Source: a virus. Taken from it: a stretch of 64,000 nt of DNA. A model generated the notes under the pieces. It had not been told where the DNA came from and ran no database searches. It was given only the letters and a program-made list of their open reading frames with translations. This document shows positions 58,490-64,000 of this stretch, one piece after another. The stretch covers positions 32,001 through 96,000 of IMG/VR virus record IMGVR_UViG_3300045988_149468. One strand, 5' to 3'. Both the position numbers and the translations under genes were made by a program. Within the stretch, counting starts at the first letter, position 1; each line of letters starts with the position of its first letter.

Positions 58490-59035
58490 TTATGAAATAT
58501 ATTCAAATTCATAATCATAATTATTTGCTTTTTTACCTTTCAATATTGAAGTTATTGTTTTTCTATTCAATTTCAATTCATTAGCACAAGAACGTATTGA
58601 TTTAAATATAAATTCTTCTCCTGTAATTTTATGAATTGCTTTAACACCACATCTATATGTGCTTCTGTATAAATTAGAATCATATGAGTGTTGTGTATTT
58701 TTACTATTAGAAATCCATTCTAAATTTTTAGCATTATTATTTAATTTGTCCCCATCTATATGATTGACCATGCAATTTATATTTGTCTTACCTTCCACAA
58801 ATGCTTCAGCTACTAATTGATGAACTCTTTTATAACATCTTTTCTTATCTTTTCTCAATATTACTTGTTTGTACCCCACATTATCAACCCATTGACATAA
58901 TTCTTTTTCTTTAGTTTTAACTCTAGATATCACTATTCCATCATCTGTTATATAATAATTTGGAAAACCTATTATTTCTTTTATCACATTTAATACCCCA
59001 CTCAATATTATATTAATTAAATCCCTCCTACCCAA
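58490..59035 (-). CDS. HNH_3/NUMOD4-type homing endonuclease
   Basis: GFPNYYITDDGIVISR (NUMOD4) and VNHIDGDKLNNNAKNLEW (HNH). The likely start is GTG 58987 rather than TTG 59035. Confidence 0.75.
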   Translation of the reverse strand: MGRRDLINIILSGVLNVIKEIIGFPNYYITDDGIVISRVKTKEKELCQWVDNVGYKQVILRKDKKRCYKRVHQLVAEAFVEGKTNINCMVNHIDGDKLNNNAKNLEWISNSKNTQHSYDSNLYRSTYRCGVKAIHKITGEEFIFKSIRSCANELKLNRKTITSILKGKKANNYDYEFEYIS

Positions 59036-59155
59036 CCCTTTAAATTATTAACTATATAATTTAATCATCATTAATTTGGATAATTGTTTTTCTAAAGTGT
59101 TAACTATTTGATGCATAAAATCCACCTCCTATTATTAATTTATATATTTAAAATA

Positions 59156-61444
59156 TTATTCACATTTTGTATATGAACAATTAGGGCAAGAAACACAATT
59201 TCCTGTACTATCAAGATCACTTGAACAAATTGGACATTTTCTAAAATTTATTGCAAACCAATCTTCACCATATTTTTTAATCAGTTCTTTTTCTTCATTT
59301 GTAAATTTATTTTCTTCTTTTATTGTTCTATTAGTTTTATAATATCCTAATTCTACTAATTCAGATAAACATTCATTCTGTAATTCTTTTTCGACATCTA
59401 ATAAAGTATATAATATACTTGTTCCACAAGAATTTCCTTTTGATACATATTTTCCTTTCGCCCTAGCTGTTGCATAACTACTACATTTACCTGCTCCTTC
59501 AAAAGATTTTTTATAAGATGCTAATGTACTTCCATGTCTTAATCCATTAGATATTGATATTGCTATATTTTGAATATTCAAAGCACAACCACCAGCTGAG
59601 GAATTAGTAACATAGACATCAAATATTCTTTTTTCTTTTGGAATTACAGATATATGTAACATCATTTTTCCACAACCCGAATATATTTTTCTTGTAACTT
59701 CTATTAAATTGTCAGGTTTCTTTTCATATTCACCTCTATGTAATTCATCTTCTATTTTGCTTTCATTGGTAGTTAATATTCCCATCCTTTTGCAACCATC
59801 TCTAAAACAAGTAATACCTTTAAGTCCATACTTCCATGCTTCCATATATATATTTTCTATATCTTCTACTGTTGTATCATTAGGTAAATTTATTGTTGAA
59901 GATATTCCTGTATCTATATATTTTTGCCAAGTACCTTGCATTTTTATCCTATTTATATAAGATATATCTTGTGATTCAATGAAATAATTTGGTAAATTAT
60001 CTGAATTATCATTTGTTACTTGTTTATAGTCTTTTACAATTTGACTATCTACTTTAAAATATTTATCTCCATTACCTAAACTTTCTGTCTTTCTATTATA
60101 TGAGAACCTAAAATTAGGTTCAATACCAGTTGATGTACCTAGCATAGTCCCTATGCTTCCAGTAGGAGCAATAGAAGTTAATGATACATTTCTTAATCCA
60201 TTTTCTTTAACTATCTCTTTTACTTCATCGCATATTATATCATTATACAATTTAGATTTTAATAAAGAATAATAATTATAATTAGGGAAAACGCCCTGTT
60301 CTTTAGCTAATAATGAAGATTGTTTTATGCATTCGTTTATAAAGATATTTCCTAAATCTTCACTAAATTTTAATGATTGTTCATCTCCATATGTAAATCC
60401 TAATTTAATAAATGTATCAGAAAGTCCCATTATACCTATACCAACTTGTCTCCATAATTTCGATTGATCTTGTTGCTCTTTTAATGGTAATCTATAAATG
60501 TTTTCATCTAATACTTCATTCATAGCTCTAACTACTACTTTAATTGCTTTTATAAATGATTCATAATCAAATTTTGAATCATTTGTAAATGGATTTAAAA
60601 CAAATTCCGATAAATTTAATGATGAAAGCAAACATGAGGAATTTTCTGATAAAGGTTGCTCACCACATGGATTTGTTGAAGTTATATTATAATTTTCATA
60701 ACCATTTGTAAGATTATAATTTTGTATTCTATTATTAAATAAACAACCAGGTTCTCCCATTTCATGATTATTCTCACATAATTTTCTAAATATCTTTCTT
60801 GCATTTACATTTTTTTTCAAAATATCTCCATGCTCAGTTATAAATTTTAATTCCCAATCTTTATTATTTTCGACAGCTTTCATGAATTTATCATTAACTT
60901 TAACTGATATATTCGCCTTAGTAACCCTATCTAAATCTTTTTTTATATCTATAAATTCTTCAATATCAGGATGATCTATTTCCATTGTCAACATCAAAGC
61001 ACCTTTCCTGTTGTTTTGTCCTATTATTTCTGTAGTTAATGAATATAAATCCATGAAACTAACTGCCCCTGTTGTTGTCTTAGCACTATTATTAACTTTC
61101 ATTCCATTAGGTCTTAAATTACTAATATCAAAACCTACTCCACCACCAAAGCTGAATACTCTTGCTGATTTTTTAGCTGTATCAAATATTGATTCTATAC
61201 TATCTTTAGGTGCTGGAATTACAAAACAATTTGACATACAACTATTATTATTTATTCCTCTATTTGAAAGTATGCGTCCTCCAAATAAAAATTTCTTATC
61301 TATTATTAACTGTTTTAATTCTTTATCCCCATTTGATATTCTATCTAGCCATTCATCGAATGTTTCATTATCATATTGATATTTATTTTTCCATATATCT
61401 TGTCCTAATTTATTGTCTTTTCCTAACCACTCTTGTACTAACAT
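59156..61444 (-). CDS. nrdJ: class II (B12-dependent) ribonucleotide reductase
   Basis: TNPCGEQPL active-site motif, 762 aa, C-terminal Cys-rich tail CPICSS...CVSCPNC. SD AAGGAG. Confidence 0.8.
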   Translation of the reverse strand: MLVQEWLGKDNKLGQDIWKNKYQYDNETFDEWLDRISNGDKELKQLIIDKKFLFGGRILSNRGINNNSCMSNCFVIPAPKDSIESIFDTAKKSARVFSFGGGVGFDISNLRPNGMKVNNSAKTTTGAVSFMDLYSLTTEIIGQNNRKGALMLTMEIDHPDIEEFIDIKKDLDRVTKANISVKVNDKFMKAVENNKDWELKFITEHGDILKKNVNARKIFRKLCENNHEMGEPGCLFNNRIQNYNLTNGYENYNITSTNPCGEQPLSENSSCLLSSLNLSEFVLNPFTNDSKFDYESFIKAIKVVVRAMNEVLDENIYRLPLKEQQDQSKLWRQVGIGIMGLSDTFIKLGFTYGDEQSLKFSEDLGNIFINECIKQSSLLAKEQGVFPNYNYYSLLKSKLYNDIICDEVKEIVKENGLRNVSLTSIAPTGSIGTMLGTSTGIEPNFRFSYNRKTESLGNGDKYFKVDSQIVKDYKQVTNDNSDNLPNYFIESQDISYINRIKMQGTWQKYIDTGISSTINLPNDTTVEDIENIYMEAWKYGLKGITCFRDGCKRMGILTTNESKIEDELHRGEYEKKPDNLIEVTRKIYSGCGKMMLHISVIPKEKRIFDVYVTNSSAGGCALNIQNIAISISNGLRHGSTLASYKKSFEGAGKCSSYATARAKGKYVSKGNSCGTSILYTLLDVEKELQNECLSELVELGYYKTNRTIKEENKFTNEEKELIKKYGEDWFAINFRKCPICSSDLDSTGNCVSCPNCSYTKCE

Positions 61445-61475
61445 ATAATCACTCCTTATTAATTAATATATTGAA

Positions 61476-61616
61476 TTATTTATCTTTAGCTACTAAATCA
61501 TAATTATTTAATAACCATTTTAATAAACAATCAACAAATTCTTCTGTTCTACATATTCTGTCACATTCTTTATTTTCACAATATTGTTCGTGTTTATTTA
61601 ATAACTCCTCCATCAT
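61476..61616 (-). CDS. 46-aa Cys-containing peptide (not in the ORF track)
   Basis: My translation: MMEELLNKHEQYCENKECDRICRTEEFVDCLLKWLLNNYDLVAKDK. SD GGAGA. Confidence 0.35.
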   Translation of the reverse strand: MMEELLNKHEQYCENKECDRICRTEEFVDCLLKWLLNNYDLVAKDK

Positions 61617-61690
61617 TATTATCATCTCCAAATACAAATTTCTCTATTAAACAAAGCACAATTATTAAACCTATTAATCCACCTATTACT

Positions 61691-61855
61691 TTAATCATCT
61701 TCGTCCACCATCATTTCTAATTCATCTTTAAACTGTAATTCATATTCATCATCTATACATTTCATATTACCTTTTTCATCATAAGTAATATATAAATGTA
61801 ACATAAAACTTGGCACTTCTCTTTTTGTCTTCTTATTTATAATCCTTACCTTCAA
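61691..61855 (-). CDS. 54-aa hypothetical protein (not in the ORF track)
   Basis: TTG start 7 nt after GGAGGTGG. It ends in an acidic tail MMVDEDD. Confidence 0.35.
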   Translation of the reverse strand: MKVRIINKKTKREVPSFMLHLYITYDEKGNMKCIDDEYELQFKDELEMMVDEDD

Positions 61856-61872
61856 ATAACCACCTCCTATTA

Positions 61873-62262
61873 TTAATTATTTATATACCAATCACCAAAT
61901 ATTTCGTTATGACTAAACATATGAAGTTCTGTTATCCATTTATTATATTCTGTATCAAAGTAAAATACACTTTCATTTCTATTAGGTGAAGTTATATATT
62001 TTGTTCCACTATAACAACTTTCTATCTCTTTCCCTTCTTTTAAGGATTTCATAGCCTCTTCAAAAGTATATTTTTTCTTGTCTAATATAAATATATCATT
62101 TAAACTAACACCAATATCCTTATATTCATCATCAAATTTAAATATTATACTGTTATAGGTTTTTTGAATTTTTGTTAATCTTTTATTTTTGTATTTATTA
62201 AGCCAAATTTCACCATCATTAATTGTATTTATTACTTCTTGAAATGTTTTTTCAACTACCAT
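61873..62262 (-). CDS. hypothetical protein
   Basis: SD TAGGAGGT with the leader motif. Confidence 0.5.
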   Translation of the reverse strand: MVVEKTFQEVINTINDGEIWLNKYKNKRLTKIQKTYNSIIFKFDDEYKDIGVSLNDIFILDKKKYTFEEAMKSLKEGKEIESCYSGTKYITSPNRNESVFYFDTEYNKWITELHMFSHNEIFGDWYINN

Positions 62263-62397
62263 TTTGACCTCCTATTATTAATTTCTATATTGAATATATA
62301 AGTATTTCAAGGTATAAACACCTTATGAACTTTTTTGAAAGCCCTAAAATCGCTTTTAGACAGTAGCTATTTTTAGTGTTTATACCAAATTATTTAA

Positions 62398-62679
62398 CTA
62401 TTTAGCTTCATGTGGTACATGAGGAACAACATCGTCTATGTATTTCTTTAATTCATCAACTTTATTTATTAATGATTCTAAATCAGATGCATTTGTTATT
62501 TTTAATTCTTTGTCTACAATATATTTTAATGCTGAATTTATAGATGGACAAAATCCAATATCTTTAAATTCTTTTTCTACTAATCCTGTATTTCTTCTAG
62601 TTATCTCTACTTCTTTTTGTACAATGTAACAATAAGCATCACTTGTTATTCTATAATCATTTCCTAGGTTTAATATCAT
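62398..62679 (-). CDS. hypothetical protein
   Basis: SD TAGGAGGT. Confidence 0.5.
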   Translation of the reverse strand: MILNLGNDYRITSDAYCYIVQKEVEITRRNTGLVEKEFKDIGFCPSINSALKYIVDKELKITNASDLESLINKVDELKKYIDDVVPHVPHEAK

Positions 62680-62703
62680 TTTATTACCTCCTAAATTGTT
62701 TTT

Positions 62704-63045
62704 TTAATTTAAAAATATAGAATCAATTATATCAGATATGTTTATTAGATCAACATTAGTTGTTTTATCACCAACTAATTTAACTATTATATTTTCTAAT
62801 AAACAATCACAATTCTCTTTGTAATAATTTATTTTAATTTCAAGTTCTTTATCATCACTATAATAATTAGCCTTCATACATGATTGTTGAATTTCTTTAG
62901 CATTTATAGTTCTGATATCTGTTAATTTTAATTTATATTTTTTAAATAATTTTGTATTTATGGCAAGAAGTTTATTGTATATGTGTAATATATTAATGTT
63001 TTCGTTATATTTAAGTATTATTTTTAATTCATTTTTAGTGTTCAT
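62704..63045 (-). CDS. hypothetical protein
   Basis: Start coupled to the upstream stop (TAATATG). Confidence 0.45.
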   Translation of the reverse strand: MNTKNELKIILKYNENINILHIYNKLLAINTKLFKKYKLKLTDIRTINAKEIQQSCMKANYYSDDKELEIKINYYKENCDCLLENIIVKLVGDKTTNVDLINISDIIDSIFLN

Positions 63046-63046
63046 A

Positions 63047-63235
63047 TTAATTCAACAACTGATATGTTGTTTCTCTTTCTACAAAATCATCATATACAAT
63101 TAAAACTCCTATTAATTTATCATTTAATTTCATTGGTTTAATATCTAATACTTCTTTTATATTATCTTCTAGCCAATCATTTACTTTTTGTTCTATTTTC
63201 TTTGCACTTTCATCTACTATAAACTTAACTTTCAT
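63047..63235 (-). CDS. hypothetical protein
   Basis: ATG 63235 follows AAGGGG; the track start is 63244. Confidence 0.45.
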   Translation of the reverse strand: MKVKFIVDESAKKIEQKVNDWLEDNIKEVLDIKPMKLNDKLIGVLIVYDDFVERETTYQLLN

Positions 63236-63271
63236 TATCGTCACCCCTTACTTATTAATTTCTATATTTAT

Positions 63272-63300
63272 ATATTACCATATTTAACATTTATTGTCAA
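63272..63300 (-). promoter_or_regulatory. sigma-70-type promoter plus conserved leader
   Basis: On the minus strand: TTGACA (63300-295), 17 bp, TAATAT (63277-72), 11 bp, AATTAATAAG (63260-51). Confidence 0.5.
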
Positions 63301-63303
63301 TGA

Positions 63304-64000
63304 TTATTTTGTAAATTTTTTATATTTTGTTAAAATCATTTCTTTATCTTCTAATTCTATCCATTTGTCACCTTCTTTTTTCTTTTTATTCTTAATTTGA
63401 TATCCTTTAATACTAATCACATCACCTATTTCTAATGGATCTTGCTTAAAATTCTTTTTATATATTTTTACATCTTTTAATTTACCATTTCCTATACCAT
63501 ATAAAGTAATTCTAGGTGTGTATTTAGTATTTATATCTGTAATAATACATTTATTTCCCATAGATTTATCTATTATATTACAATTACCACAAAATTCAAA
63601 ATAGGTTTTAATTAATTCTATAGTGTCTGTTCCATTATCCTTAATATGTTTTTCTATTGCAATTAACATTGGTAATATATCAATAAAAATATATTTTTTT
63701 TCTGTTTCTCTTTCAGCATATTTACTAAATATTTTATTTAAGCTAGGATATTTATCTTTTGATAATTGTTTTTTACCATAAAATGTTTGATAAAATTCAT
63801 ATACTTTTAATAGTTTTTGAACACCACCAAATTCACTAAAGAAATTCAATGATATTAATATTGTCATTTGTTTAGAGTTTATTTTTTTACCTATGTCAAC
63901 TAATAATTCTACAAAAGAATTATAATTATTATCTTTTAAAGAATATAATAATTCACCTGCATTTTTATTTAAGTTTTTAATTGATTTTATACCTTTATAT
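63304..64000 (-). CDS. DNA polymerase III alpha-like replicative polymerase, C-terminal part (continues beyond the window)
   Basis: The minus-strand frame stays open from 63867 to the window edge (checked codon by codon). ...KINSKQMTILISLNFFSEFGG resembles the helix-hairpin-helix region (LI.aGAFD.fG), followed by an OB-fold-like segment. Confidence 0.6.
   Translation of the reverse strand, partial: YKGIKSIKNLNKNAGELLYSLKDNNYNSFVELLVDIGKKINSKQMTILISLNFFSEFGGVQKLLKVYEFYQTFYGKKQLSKDKYPSLNKIFSKYAERETEKKYIFIDILPMLIAIEKHIKDNGTDTIELIKTYFEFCGNCNIIDKSMGNKCIITDINTKYTPRITLYGIGNGKLKDVKIYKKNFKQDPLEIGDVISIKGYQIKNKKKKEGDKWIELEDKEMILTKYKKFTK

Noticed and set aside
57802-63400. Plus-strand ORFs inside minus-strand genes (57802-58014, 59709-59960, 61011-61379, 61210-61503, 62438-62629, 63188-63400).
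   Set aside because: Same reasoning: they are antisense to the RNR, DUF1599 and other well-supported genes and have no ribosome-binding sites.
1-64000. CRISPR arrays, tRNA/tmRNA genes, reverse transcriptase/DGR elements, IS elements.
   Set aside because: I saw no regularly spaced short direct repeats, no cloverleaf-capable 70-90-nt GC-rich islands outside the introns, no YxDD-containing ORF and no transposase-like ORF with terminal inverted repeats. This was a visual scan only, so a tRNAscan or Infernal run would be needed for certainty.

Overview
Very AT-rich tailed-phage segment. It looks like a siphovirus, because there is a major tail protein and no sheath gene, and it has Firmicute/Clostridium-like GGAGG ribosome-binding sites. 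Bases 1-41100 (+) form a complete late block: portal C-terminus, an S8 subtilase, scaffold, decoration-like and major capsid proteins, neck proteins, major tail protein, a chaperone pair, a tape measure of about 2,490 aa, Dit, a 1,335-aa multi-enzyme Tal, several baseplate and fibre proteins (one is 1,588 aa with six tandem repeats), holin-like proteins and two lysins. Bases 41160-52427 (+) form an accessory block: a tyrosine recombinase, a second fibre/beta-helix/acetyltransferase cassette, a second tyrosine recombinase, small membrane proteins and a 736-aa P-loop ATPase. Bases 52846-64000 (-) form an early replication and nucleotide-metabolism block: class II RNR, dUTPase, RuvC-like resolvase, DUF1599, two HNH endonucleases, many small ORFs and the C-terminus of a Pol III alpha-like polymerase. 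Main observations: (1) five group I introns interrupt structural genes. Four related copies sit in the tape-measure gene, two of them separated by a micro-exon of about 14 nt. One carries a zinc-ribbon/PD-(D/E)XK-like homing endonuclease that has a free-standing paralogue. A fifth, ORF-less intron with textbook P1/P10 pairing splits a neck/tail gene. (2) A conserved promoter/leader module (-35, 17 bp, -10, 11 bp, AATTAATAAGGAGG) recurs on both strands. (3) A second receptor-binding cassette is bracketed by two tyrosine recombinases and contains a candidate CCC_UAG +1 frameshift. (4) There is a recombinase / small membrane proteins / FtsK-HerA-VirB4-like ATPase module. I saw no tRNA, rRNA or CRISPR array. 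All functional calls come from motifs read by eye. No database search was run.
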